Shown here piece by piece: positions 8,990 to 18,287 of a stretch of 64,000 nucleotides of DNA. How positions within the stretch are numbered: position 1 is the stretch's first letter; each line of letters opens with the position of its first letter. The notes beneath the pieces were generated by a model. It was not told the origin of the DNA. It worked only from the letters and a program-made list of their open reading frames with translations, and did not search any database. The translations under genes were made by a program, and so were the position numbers. The DNA is from a candidate division WWE3 bacterium (GTDB lineage Bacteria; Patescibacteriota; 4484-211; GCA-002791395), in NCBI GenBank assembly GCA_013335095.1, contig JAAXWF010000001.1:292268-356267 (forward strand), given 5' to 3'.

Positions 8990-10125
8990 GCATTTGTCTC
9001 ATTGAGAGTCATCGGCATAACAATATGTTGATAATCGTGGCGATCATCAATCGCTTCAAGTAGTACGGGCGTACTCATACCGCTAATTTTAAGACGAATC
9101 TGTTCAGCATCAATCGATGAAACACCTTCTAATAAATAACGTGAATTAAATCCGAGTTGGATTGATTCGCCTTCAAGTACTCCGGTAATTTTACCGGTAT
9201 GACTTCCGACCTCTGAACTACGAGCGCTCAATTGCATAGTCTGAGTCTCTTTATCAAATTTTACCGTGATCGCTTGTCCTTCGCGAGAGGCAAACAGTGA
9301 TGTAGCTCGTATAGCTTCAATAAACTGTGATCGATTAAATGTTCCAGTCGTTACAAATTGCGTAGGGAATATTCGCTGATACGGAGGATATTCGGCTTCA
9401 AGAAGACGTGAGATAATCTCGACCTCACCATATTGGAAAAAGATTTGACTATCTTCTCGACTAAAAAATACCCCAACATTATCGGCACTCGTACTTGAAT
9501 CAGCTATCAGGTGATCAACCTCAGCCAGTGCTTGAGCAGGAACGATAATAGATCCATTCATCGCCGCATTGGTCGGTAATTTATATATAGACAAACGAAA
9601 ACTATCTGTCGCGACAACCGAAAGCATGCCCTCTTCAGCCTGAGTTAGTAGCGCACCAGTTAAAACAGGATGAGTCTCTCCTCCGGCAGCTGCAAAGCAC
9701 ACCTTTTTAACCATCCGACGAAATAGTTGAGGATCAAAACTCATATGGTTAGTTTGATTTTGACGACTTGGAAGCTCTGGAAAGTCCGTTGGTGGCATAG
9801 TTACGAACGTTGCTTGATTACTATTTGATTCAACAACTAATTGACGAAGATCACTATGCAACGTGAGTGTTTCGTCAGATAAGAGAGAGAGGAATTCACT
9901 GAATTTTTTTGCAGGTATAGTTATTTGTCCTGGTTCTTCGACTTTTGCCGCTATGGTTAATCGAATTGATAATTCAAGATTTGAAGATTCTATCTTTAAC
10001 AGGTTATCGGGAGTAGCGGTGAGCAGTAAGTTTGAAAGAATCGGTAAATTAGACTTAGTCGTGACTATCTTGGCGGCAAACAATGATCCTTTGTACAAAC
10101 GCTCACGAATTACGCTTAATCTCAT
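8986..10125 (-). CDS. dnaN: DNA polymerase III beta subunit (sliding clamp)
   Basis: MRLSVIRERLYKGSLFAAKIVTTKSNLPILSNLLL aligns with the DnaN N-terminus. The ORF track extends 12 codons further upstream (to 10161) but MRLSV is the likely start. Three-domain length of about 380 aa. Confidence 0.85.
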   Translation of the reverse strand: MRLSVIRERLYKGSLFAAKIVTTKSNLPILSNLLLTATPDNLLKIESSNLELSIRLTIAAKVEEPGQITIPAKKFSEFLSLLSDETLTLHSDLRQLVVESNSNQATFVTMPPTDFPELPSRQNQTNHMSFDPQLFRRMVKKVCFAAAGGETHPVLTGALLTQAEEGMLSVVATDSFRLSIYKLPTNAAMNGSIIVPAQALAEVDHLIADSSTSADNVGVFFSREDSQIFFQYGEVEIISRLLEAEYPPYQRIFPTQFVTTGTFNRSQFIEAIRATSLFASREGQAITVKFDKETQTMQLSARSSEVGSHTGKITGVLEGESIQLGFNSRYLLEGVSSIDAEQIRLKISGMSTPVLLEAIDDRHDYQHIVMPMTLNETNA

Positions 10126-10161
10126 AGTCAATACTTTAACATACACATTCTTTAGTAGCAA

Positions 10162-10404
10162 TTATAGGGGACGTGGATTAGTGGAAAACTACGTTACGCT
10201 ATGTTGATATACGCAAAGTGTTGTGGAAACTGTCGGGAAGAGTTTGGGATAGATTGTGGATTATTCACAATCTATAAATATTTATCCACAAAATAAAAAT
10301 ATAATCTACAAACTATCCACAAAATATAAAAAGTTATCCACAATTACAAACTTTGAGATACATTTATTAAAATTACGCCTATGAAATTATTATCCTAAAG
10401 ATGG
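10162..10404. promoter_or_regulatory. Putative oriC: DnaA-box cluster plus AT-rich unwinding region between dnaA and dnaN
   Basis: Perfect TTATCCACA boxes at 10282-10290 and 10334-10342; near-perfect boxes TTATTCACA (10261), CTATCCACA (10313), TAATCTACA (10302), TTGTGGAAA (10221) and TTGTGGATT (10254), followed by an AT-rich tract (aaaatataaaaag, catttattaaaatt). Further boxes lie upstream of dnaA (TGTGGATAA at 11922-11930, TTGTGGAAA at 11847). Confidence 0.7.
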
Positions 10405-11820
10405 TTATCCGTAGAGTTCCTGACGAATGTGATGAAGGTGGGAGCGTAATAGGGGATTATTATTTTGTTCGATAGCCTGTTTAATTCGATCGCATCCATG
10501 CATAACGGTCGTATGATCTCGTCCACCCAGAACCTCGCCTATTTCTTCGAGGTTCATCCCTAGTTCATTTCGTAAAAGAAACATCGTCATTTGGCGGGGG
10601 AGTACGATCTCCTTTTTTCGTTTTTTTCCGCAGAGGTCTTTTATGCTTGTGTCGAATTGGCGTGTTACTAATTCGAGTATTAGTTCCGGAGTGATACGTT
10701 TTTGAACGGTTTGTACATCGGCTTTGGGTTCTATAACTGATCGGACAAATGCGAGATTGATTGGCTGTGATTGAGTATTGGCCAGTGATTTAACCTGCAG
10801 GAGTGTTCCTTGAATCTCTCGAACGTTTTGACTTGATTGTTCGGCAATGTACTCGTAAATAGCATCGCTTAGATTTATTTGCAATTCTTCAGCTTTTGTT
10901 CGAACGATAGCGAGACGCGTTTCGTAATCCGGCGGGCTTATCTGAACCATTAATCCGCCCTTAAATCGCGAGATTAGTCGATCGGTTAATCCTTGAATTT
11001 GGGATGGTTCGCGGTCTGATACAACGACGATTTGGCTGCCTATTTGTTGCAGTTCATTAAAGCTGTGGTAAAACTCTTCCTGGCTCGACTCCTTTCCTGC
11101 GAGAAACTGGATGTCATCGATTAAAAGGGCATTACAGGTTCTGTAGCGGCTTCTGAACTGTTGCATATCCTTTTTCTGTCTCAGGTGTTCAACCATGTCG
11201 TTAACAAACTTTTCGCTGGTTGTATACATAATTCGATACGAGGAGAAGTTCTCTAATATCCCATTCCCAATCGCATGGAGGAGGTGCGTTTTTCCAACGC
11301 CAGTTGATCCATAAATGAATAGTGGATTATAAATGTGTCCAGGATTTTCCATGACCGATACCGCAGCTGCGTGTACCACCCGATTGCTTGGCCCAACTAC
11401 ATAATTGTCTAGCGTCATCTGGGGATTTAGAAGTCCTACCTCTGGTCTTTGAATAGACATTGTCGAACTTTCTCGTGGGGTGTAGGTGGTTGGGGATGAG
11501 TTTGTGGCCAGTGGAGAGGCTTTTAAGTCTGGGGCTTCGTCAAATAAGGGCCCGTGCACCGGTGTTTGTACGCGAAGAGGCTTCACAATAAAGTCGATGC
11601 TGTATTTACGTTGCTCGATCTGTCGGATGATATCGGCGATTTTATCGGCATAGCGTTTTTGGATAATACTTTTGCTATATGAATCGGTACAAGCGATGAT
11701 TATTTTATCTTCACTTGTTTCATAAAGCTGAGTGTTGCGAAACCACGTAGATACTGCAGCTGGATCTAATTCTATTTCTAATGTTGCTAAGACTTGTTGC
11801 CATAAATTGGGAGAAGCCAT
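10405..11820 (-). CDS. dnaA: Chromosomal replication initiator DnaA
   Basis: 471 aa. AAA+ Walker A NPLFIYGSTGVGKTHLLHAIGN, a C-terminal DNA-binding domain (HTTVMHGCDRI), and DnaA boxes on both flanks. Confidence 0.9.
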   Translation of the reverse strand: MASPNLWQQVLATLEIELDPAAVSTWFRNTQLYETSEDKIIIACTDSYSKSIIQKRYADKIADIIRQIEQRKYSIDFIVKPLRVQTPVHGPLFDEAPDLKASPLATNSSPTTYTPRESSTMSIQRPEVGLLNPQMTLDNYVVGPSNRVVHAAAVSVMENPGHIYNPLFIYGSTGVGKTHLLHAIGNGILENFSSYRIMYTTSEKFVNDMVEHLRQKKDMQQFRSRYRTCNALLIDDIQFLAGKESSQEEFYHSFNELQQIGSQIVVVSDREPSQIQGLTDRLISRFKGGLMVQISPPDYETRLAIVRTKAEELQINLSDAIYEYIAEQSSQNVREIQGTLLQVKSLANTQSQPINLAFVRSVIEPKADVQTVQKRITPELILELVTRQFDTSIKDLCGKKRKKEIVLPRQMTMFLLRNELGMNLEEIGEVLGGRDHTTVMHGCDRIKQAIEQNNNPLLRSHLHHIRQELYG

Positions 11821-11944
11821 GATGTTCTCCTACGATACTTGTTTTTGTGGAAAACTGTCAATTCGATTTTAGGTTGATACGTTAGTGTTTTTAGGTCAAT
11901 GGGAAGTATAGGCTACTGCTATGTGGATAACTCTGGTTTTGTAA

Positions 11945-12856
11945 TTATGCTTTTCTAAAACTGATTACAAAGCCGTAAGCGGTGAGCATAAACAGCAGGG
12001 TAAAGAAGATTAACGTATTTTCGGTCGTACCGCTTTCAGGTAATACCGTGGCAAGTGGAGTTGGAGTGACAGTTGGTCGTGATGTCGGTGTCGGGGTTTT
12101 TGTAGGTGTTGGTGTGCTTGTCGCAATTGGTGCCCCTAGTGCTACTGTGGGGGTATTTGTCGGACGACTGGTAACGCTTGGTGCTTGGGTTGGGGTATTT
12201 GATGGTTTTGCGGTTACAGTTGGGGCTATTGTTGTTCCCGCTGTAGGGGATGCCGCTGGGGTCGTATTTGCGTTTGTTCCTTCGCAGTCAAACGAAGAGC
12301 TGCAATAATTTTGTCCCGGACCAGGAACTTCGACGCATAATCCAAAACGGCATTCCAAATGGGTCTGGGATTGAGCGGTTTCAGAAGGAGTTACCGTTGG
12401 TGTTACTGCTTTAGTTGGCGTGGCAGTTGGTTCGGGTGTTTGGTTATTTGTAGAAGATGGTTTAAAGAAAAAGAACCACGCCGCCGCTCCAAGGCCTACT
12501 ATTAAGATACCAACAATGAGTAAGATGATGCGCATTTTTCCTCCTGAAGATCCTGATTCACCCTCTGTGGTTAGGGCTGGCGCCGGTTGATCTGGTTGTC
12601 CTGCGTTTTCTAGGTAATTTACGCCAAGTTGATCATGGGCATGATCTGGTTCAGGTGCGGCAATCATATCGTTGGGGTGGGGTTGATCAACCGGTGGGGT
12701 TGTGTTGAAGCTATTTGTAGTATCTATTGGCATGGGTGCTTGTGCGATTGGTTGTTCTGGCGCATATCCGGATTGAATAGGTTCAGCTGTTGGTGGGTAA
12801 TTGGTCTCGTTTATTGGAAGATCGTTCTGGGGTAGTGATTGGTCTTGGCTATCCAT
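11945..12856 (-). CDS. Pro/Thr-rich membrane protein, hypothetical
   Basis: 303 aa; central transmembrane helix (IILLIVGILIVGLGAAAWFFFF), a long PT-rich low-complexity segment, a Cys-rich module (CRFGLCVEVPGPGQNYCSSSFDC) and a C-terminal hydrophobic helix. Confidence 0.45.
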   Translation of the reverse strand: MDSQDQSLPQNDLPINETNYPPTAEPIQSGYAPEQPIAQAPMPIDTTNSFNTTPPVDQPHPNDMIAAPEPDHAHDQLGVNYLENAGQPDQPAPALTTEGESGSSGGKMRIILLIVGILIVGLGAAAWFFFFKPSSTNNQTPEPTATPTKAVTPTVTPSETAQSQTHLECRFGLCVEVPGPGQNYCSSSFDCEGTNANTTPAASPTAGTTIAPTVTAKPSNTPTQAPSVTSRPTNTPTVALGAPIATSTPTPTKTPTPTSRPTVTPTPLATVLPESGTTENTLIFFTLLFMLTAYGFVISFRKA

Positions 12857-12923
12857 ACTATAGAATCAGTATCGCTAAGCGCATAAGTCGTGTCAAGTGT
12901 AGTAGGTGTTACAATACGAATAT

Positions 12924-14231
12924 ATGAATAAAAAACCAATTGTAACAACCGAAGGCTATCGTGGGACTCGTGATTTTTACCCATCAGAGATGGCTAAATT
13001 ACGATACATTTTTGACGTTTGGAGTCGAGTATCAAAACGATATGGATTTGAGGAATATTTAGCTCCACTTTTAGAAAATTGGGATTTGTATGCTGCTAAA
13101 AATGTCAGCGGTGAAGAGATTGTTAATGAACAATTGTACTGGTTTGAAGATCGTGGCGGACGAAAAGTAGCCATTCGTCCCGAAATGACGCCGAGTGTAT
13201 CGCGTATGGTTGCAGGTCGGCTGCAGGAGCTCATAAAACCGGTTCGATGGTATTCGATTGCCAACTTTATGAGGTATGAGAAACCACAGCGGGGGAGGGT
13301 GCGGGAATTTTTTCAATTGAACGTTGATTTGTTTGGTGATGACAGTATTTTGGCCGATGCGGAAATTATCGAAATTGCTGCGGCAATTATGCGGGAATTT
13401 AACGCAACCTCGGAGATGTATGCGATCTACGTAAATAATCGAAAATGGATGGATTTTTGGGTAAGTAAAGTGTTGTCATATAAGGGTGAAGTGTCTAAGT
13501 TGAATAGATTGATTGATCGGTTACCTAAGCAGTCTGAGTCTGAGAATGCGGCCCAGTTGAGCCAGTTAGGGCTTTCTACCAAACAGGTGGATATGGTGTT
13601 GCAGCTTCCTTTCATGTCTATTTCAGATGTGGCGAAATATCAACGAGAATCTGAAGGTGCCCGTGAATTAGTGGGTTTGTTTGAGGTCGTTGATAAAAGA
13701 AGCATAGGTGATATTGTTTCTTTTAATTGTTCGATTATGCGCGGGTTGGATTACTATACCGGAATGGTGTTTGAGCAGTTTGATTTAAATCCGGAGAATA
13801 AACGGAGTATGTGTGGCGGTGGTCGATATGAGGGCTTAGTTAGTATGTTTGGAAAAGATAATTTGACTGCGGTCGGATTTGCTCCAGGAGATGTCACGAC
13901 GTTAAACTTTTTAGAAGGATGGAATTTATTACCACAAATAAGTACCAATGCACCTATTTTGGTGTCTGTATTTAATTCGTCTTTGCAGGGTGAATCGTGG
14001 ATGTTGGCGCAAATTTTGAGACAATCGGGTTTGGACGTCGAGCTTTATACAAAGGATGGTATATCTATTTCTGATCAGTTAAAGTACGCCAATAAAAAAG
14101 GGTTTCGGTATGTGTTGATTTTAGGTGAAGATGAATTAGCTAAGGGTGAAGTCTTAGTTAAAGACATGGTATTAGGTAAACAGAATTCTGTTGTGGCTTC
14201 TGAGTTACCATCTCTACTTAAAAACTCCTGA
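12924..14231 (+). CDS. hisS: Histidine--tRNA ligase
   Basis: Class II aaRS motifs RGTRDFYP and ...KRYGFEEY..., HisRS-like length. Start taken at MNKK; the ORF track starts 6 codons earlier at 12906. Confidence 0.8.
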   Translation: MNKKPIVTTEGYRGTRDFYPSEMAKLRYIFDVWSRVSKRYGFEEYLAPLLENWDLYAAKNVSGEEIVNEQLYWFEDRGGRKVAIRPEMTPSVSRMVAGRLQELIKPVRWYSIANFMRYEKPQRGRVREFFQLNVDLFGDDSILADAEIIEIAAAIMREFNATSEMYAIYVNNRKWMDFWVSKVLSYKGEVSKLNRLIDRLPKQSESENAAQLSQLGLSTKQVDMVLQLPFMSISDVAKYQRESEGARELVGLFEVVDKRSIGDIVSFNCSIMRGLDYYTGMVFEQFDLNPENKRSMCGGGRYEGLVSMFGKDNLTAVGFAPGDVTTLNFLEGWNLLPQISTNAPILVSVFNSSLQGESWMLAQILRQSGLDVELYTKDGISISDQLKYANKKGFRYVLILGEDELAKGEVLVKDMVLGKQNSVVASELPSLLKNS

Positions 14232-14309
14232 TTTTAAAGAAAGATAGGGGCTGGATCTCCGAAATTAATCGAAGAACCAGCCCGTGGCCGTTACAAACCT
14301 AGTGGTAGG

Positions 14310-14534
14310 TCAGATCTTGTTCTTCCCGCCGAAGACGGCGAGCATGAGCCCGATCAGAATCATGACGACGCAGACACCGATGCTGCAGATGGCAGCCGAG
14401 ACCTGGTGGTTGCTCACGAAGAGCATCACCAAAGCCGGGAAGCCCGTGTACGGATCATTCTTGAGACCCGCATACGTGCTGACCCCGAGCCCGAACCCAA
14501 CGACCGTCATAACGATACCGATGATCTGTGCCAT
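14310..14534 (-). CDS. Small two-helix membrane protein (GC-rich ORF)
   Basis: AGGAGG RBS 8 nt upstream of ATG (complement of 14534); 74 aa MAQIIGIVMTVVGFGLGV...MILIGLMLAVFGG. About 60 % GC versus the AT-rich flanks. ORF track extends to 14597. Confidence 0.45.
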   Translation of the reverse strand: MAQIIGIVMTVVGFGLGVSTYAGLKNDPYTGFPALVMLFVSNHQVSAAICSIGVCVVMILIGLMLAVFGGKNKI

Positions 14535-14769
14535 GACCTTGAACCTCCTAAATAAGATTGAAACGTGCCAGTGCCTCCGGCAGGGGATAAACCGCACCGT
14601 AGGCTTAATTTAAGTATACCGCTACCATACCCTATAGCAAGTTGCCGATAGTGCGAAATTTGTATTCCTATAGTTATTGCGGTAATTGTGCGGGAAATAT
14701 CATTACCTTGTTCATGCATAACCTTGATCAAATACACAATCAATATGGTTATTATGTTGCGGTTAGGAG

Positions 14770-14979
14770 GTGATAAACATGGATGAAAAAACTGTAAACC
14801 CGATCCAAATTCAGAAGTTTCTTGCCGGTGTCGATTATCCGGCAACAAAGGATGAATTAGTTGACTCTGCGGTAGAGCAAGGAGCTGATGACTCTGTTAT
14901 CGAGTCGCTCCAAAGCCTTCCGGATCAAGAATACCAAAAACCCACGGACGTTAGTGAAGCGCTAGGTAAAAAATCTTAA
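14770..14979 (+). CDS. DUF2795-like small protein
   Basis: KFLAGVDYPATKDELVDSAVEQGADDSVIESLQSLPDQEYQKPTDVSEA matches the DUF2795 pattern; a GGAGGTG RBS precedes it. Confidence 0.5.
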   Translation: MINMDEKTVNPIQIQKFLAGVDYPATKDELVDSAVEQGADDSVIESLQSLPDQEYQKPTDVSEALGKKS

Positions 14980-15249
14980 ATCTTACCTAATTATTACGAA
15001 AATGTTAACAAATATTCATGATATAGTTTTACGATTTCTGTGGTTAAGGTGTTACTGTTATAAAATACAACCGATCAGATGCGTTAGAATGCCGCAGATC
15101 TAGCGTATCTGTATCTGGTTGCTCCCCTACTTATTGAAAAAATTTTTACGAGCAGAGAGAGTCTTGAACGCTGAGTGATCTGAAAAGGAGTGGTCCGTTT
15201 GATATATACTCTAGTAAATCTATTTTATTGTTTCGTAATTATCTTGGAG

Positions 15250-16824
15250 CTATTTTTTAACCGTATCAATGCCAATTACTTGAGAGATATGATTAAAGCC
15301 ATCTCGTTGAAGAAGTTCTTCCAAACCTAGATTTATCGATCCTATTAACTGTGGGCCAACAAAAATCATACCGGTAATAAGTTGTACCAAGCTTGCGCCA
15401 AGTCGTATCTTTGTATATGCATCTTCAGCCGAGAAGATTCCGCCACACCCAATAATGGTGAATCGCTCGTGATACGTGCCGTATGCCCGAGAAATTAATT
15501 CATTTGAGCGATTCCAGGTTGGTTTACCGCTAAAGTTTCCTACCGTAAACTGGTTTACTTCATCAGCTTGCAGTGGTTCGGCGGTCCTGTCTTTTTGCAG
15601 GTTTCCGACAATTATTCCGACAATCAAAGGTTCTTGAGCGAGCGTTTCTAATATGGCATCAAATTGATCATTTGTTACAGATATCGGCATTTTAACCCAA
15701 ATTGGACGGGTGATATTAAGTTTATGTACGCCTTGCAATAGTACCGAGAGATTATCCACGTTATAGAAATCTATTGAGGTTTGTAAATTCGGACAGCTAA
15801 TATTTAGTTCGTAATATGAATGAGAGAGCGTTGAGTGCTCGAACTTCTTAAATGTTTCGGTAATATCGATTACTGCATCCTCTACAGTTTGTATGTCTGA
15901 AGTATTTGTTGTTCCGATACTCACCCCTATTTGCCCAAACATTTCGTGTTTTGCCAGTTTTGTAATTACCGTGTCGGCTCCGGGGTTACGAAAGCCTTTG
16001 TTAACCATGAGCGATTGTGACTGTATCAATCGTCCAAGTTGTGGATCCGGATTACCCTGGCATGGTTTGTTGGTGATTGTTCCGATCGTTTGAAAACCGA
16101 ATCCCATGCTTTCTAGAATTTGAGTTAATTGAGCGTTGTAATCAAATCCGGCAGCTAACCCCACAGGAGAACTAAAGTGAACACCATGATACGCTTGGCA
16201 TAATTTTGAAGAATCATAGTCGTATAACCACGACATAAATGTTCTGGTTATGAGGCATTTTCCAAGTAATTCGCCCACGTTGGTCATACCTATGTGCACT
16301 GTTTGAGGCTTATGAGTAAACAGGAGTGGTTTTAGAACTCTTTGATATCCGATCTTAGTTGCAAAGCTTATTGTATCGACCCGTTCTCGTGTCATTATCA
16401 GCCATATAACCCCAGCGATTACAGTTGATATAAATGCTGATGTGGTGCAGAAAAGGCAGATCGCGCCAATGACAAAAATTTGTAAATACATAAAGTACAG
16501 TGAAGCGAAAAATCCTCCCGCACTGATAGGGTAGAGTAATCGATCGACAAACTTTGTCTTTGGATTTAAGGTTAGTAGCGTTACGGTAAGTATCGTCAGG
16601 TAATAAATAACGCCGATATATGCAAGTGGTATCGAAAATATTTGTGAATAGCTGCTCTGCAGGACACTTCCGCAGTCACTCGCCAAAAATCCGACGCTAC
16701 ATTGTGGTATTGTTCCTGTTGCATGCTCATATGATAGATACCCAGCGTCAAGTAGGCCGAAAGTTGCTAAGCTAAGTATCGAAAGCTTGGCGAAAGATAG
16801 TGAGTTTGATGTAGTGTGAGTCAC
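15250..16824 (-). CDS. Fusion protein: N-terminal VKOR (vitamin K epoxide reductase) membrane domain + C-terminal dihydroorotate dehydrogenase-like flavoenzyme domain
   Basis: VKOR loop Cys pair CSVGFLASDCGSVLQSSYSQ and the TM4 CXXC (ICLFCTT) across five predicted helices. The C-terminal half aligns to family-2 DHODH over its full length (GLAAGFDYN, GFGFQTIGTITNKPCQGNPDPQLGRL, NKGFRN, IIGCGGIFSAEDAYTKIRLGASLVQL), but the catalytic-base position reads NISCPN (Cys, as in family 1) rather than Ser. Confidence 0.7.
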   Translation of the reverse strand: MTHTTSNSLSFAKLSILSLATFGLLDAGYLSYEHATGTIPQCSVGFLASDCGSVLQSSYSQIFSIPLAYIGVIYYLTILTVTLLTLNPKTKFVDRLLYPISAGGFFASLYFMYLQIFVIGAICLFCTTSAFISTVIAGVIWLIMTRERVDTISFATKIGYQRVLKPLLFTHKPQTVHIGMTNVGELLGKCLITRTFMSWLYDYDSSKLCQAYHGVHFSSPVGLAAGFDYNAQLTQILESMGFGFQTIGTITNKPCQGNPDPQLGRLIQSQSLMVNKGFRNPGADTVITKLAKHEMFGQIGVSIGTTNTSDIQTVEDAVIDITETFKKFEHSTLSHSYYELNISCPNLQTSIDFYNVDNLSVLLQGVHKLNITRPIWVKMPISVTNDQFDAILETLAQEPLIVGIIVGNLQKDRTAEPLQADEVNQFTVGNFSGKPTWNRSNELISRAYGTYHERFTIIGCGGIFSAEDAYTKIRLGASLVQLITGMIFVGPQLIGSINLGLEELLQRDGFNHISQVIGIDTVKK

Positions 16825-16928
16825 GAGATTTCCTAATATTTTGTAATACTGAGATTTACTGATATTATAACCCAGTAATGTAGTATCAGTCTTTGCGAAT
16901 GTAGTGATAATATAGTACGTCTTGGCTT

Positions 16929-17576
16929 ATGCAAAAAGATACGTATACTTTTTTGAATAGCTACTTTGAACATAATCCTATGCACCATTTGGATGCAGGG
17001 GATATCTTAGTCCATCCTTCAAACCATTCACCAAATCTTCATTTCTTAGTAAGCGGCACCATTAAACAATATTCTATTGGAAGTAACGGTGAGGAATTAG
17101 TTATAACGGTGTATAAGCCGGGTAGTTTTTTTCCTTTAATGACGGCGCTTGGCGATATTCCTAATCGATATTATTTTAGCGCGCCGGAAGAATCAGAGGT
17201 TCGGATAATCTCGGTGGATGAAGTTAAAGAATTACTTCAAAAAGAACCAACGATTATGTTTGATCTGATAGGACGATTACTCCGAGGTATGCACGGGATA
17301 ATTAGTCGTTTAGAGTCGATCGCATTGGGGGACGCCCATGCACGGGTTGGGACGATGATCGCAATAACAGCTAAGCGTTTTGGCAAAAAAAACGATACCG
17401 GGAGCTTGGAGATTTCTTTAACACATCAAGAGATTGCGGCTGCTACTGGACTTAACCGAGAAACAGTTACCCGAGTACTGCGACATTTTAAAGAGATGGG
17501 GTATATCGATGCCGAGCATGGACATTTATACGTTCGAGATATTTCTATACTCGAATCTTTAGTTGCCGGGGAATAA
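16929..17576 (+). CDS. Crp/Fnr-family transcriptional regulator
   Basis: N-terminal cNMP-binding beta-barrel pattern and C-terminal HTH (SLTHQEIAAATGLNRETVTRVLRHFKEMGYI). Confidence 0.65.
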   Translation: MQKDTYTFLNSYFEHNPMHHLDAGDILVHPSNHSPNLHFLVSGTIKQYSIGSNGEELVITVYKPGSFFPLMTALGDIPNRYYFSAPEESEVRIISVDEVKELLQKEPTIMFDLIGRLLRGMHGIISRLESIALGDAHARVGTMIAITAKRFGKKNDTGSLEISLTHQEIAAATGLNRETVTRVLRHFKEMGYIDAEHGHLYVRDISILESLVAGE

Positions 17577-17597
17577 CTATTTTCACTATATAAAGTA

Positions 17598-17645
17598 AGG
17601 GCCGGCACCTTCTGATCTTGGTGATCAGTTGGTACCGGCCGTGTT
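17598..17645 (-). terminator. Intrinsic terminator downstream of island gene A
   Basis: On the minus strand: GGCCGGTACC...GGTGCCGGCCC stem enclosing an inner TGATC/GATCA palindrome, followed by a T-rich tract. Confidence 0.4.
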
Positions 17646-18221
17646 TTAGCGCGAAGGTCGAAGGACCTCGACCATGATCTGCTCTTTTAGGGCGGTTATC
17701 CCACCCTGCGAGAGCTTCTCGGTGATGAGGTCATGTCCGAGACCTGACCGTGCCGCCGCTGACCTCGCCCTCATCATATCGCCATATTGGCGGATGAGGT
17801 CTTCTACCGGCTCGTAGCCGGTGAAGCACTGGCCGAGCGTCATTGCGAGCAGGTTGGCTGGGATGCCGACCCGACGAGCCTGTATACGAAGGCTTTCCCG
17901 ATACTCACGTTCGGTAAGGTAACCTTCGTCCTCGTCTGGTTTCGGACGATGCCCGTTGAGCCGGTTGGTGCCGGCGAACCAGGCCGCTAGTTGTGCAATC
18001 TCTGGCTCGGTGGCTGCCCGTTTCGGGTCAGTTTTTCGAGTCAAAGCACACAGCTGAGCGGCGAGCTCGATGAACTCCCGGTCAACGATTATCGTGACCG
18101 GCTTGGGCTGGGCGATCGGCCGAGCCGGTCCCGACAACCCTTGACGCTTGAGCAGTTCGAGCGTTTTGGTTTTTCCGCCTCTAGCACCGTTATGTTGGTG
18201 CTTCCGTTGGGTGGTGGTCAA
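17646..18221 (-). CDS. Hypothetical protein (GC-rich island gene A)
   Basis: About 65 % GC. AAGGAGG RBS 5 nt upstream of a TTG start at 18221 (the ORF track extends to 18287). A consensus sigma70 promoter TTGACA-N18-TATAAT lies on the minus strand at 18258-18287. The product is Ala/Arg-rich with no recognised domain. Confidence 0.5.
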   Translation of the reverse strand: MTTTQRKHQHNGARGGKTKTLELLKRQGLSGPARPIAQPKPVTIIVDREFIELAAQLCALTRKTDPKRAATEPEIAQLAAWFAGTNRLNGHRPKPDEDEGYLTEREYRESLRIQARRVGIPANLLAMTLGQCFTGYEPVEDLIRQYGDMMRARSAAARSGLGHDLITEKLSQGGITALKEQIMVEVLRPSR

Positions 18222-18257
18222 GCCGACCTCCTTTGTTTTCAAAGAACTCGTTTTTAT

Positions 18258-18287
18258 ATTATAGGATAAAGATGTGTGTGTTGTCAA
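18258..18287 (-). promoter_or_regulatory. Consensus sigma70 promoter for island gene A (TTGACA N18 TATAAT on minus strand)
   Basis: Reverse complement of 18282-18287 is TTGACA and of 18258-18263 is TATAAT; the RBS and TTG start follow about 35 nt downstream. Confidence 0.5.
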
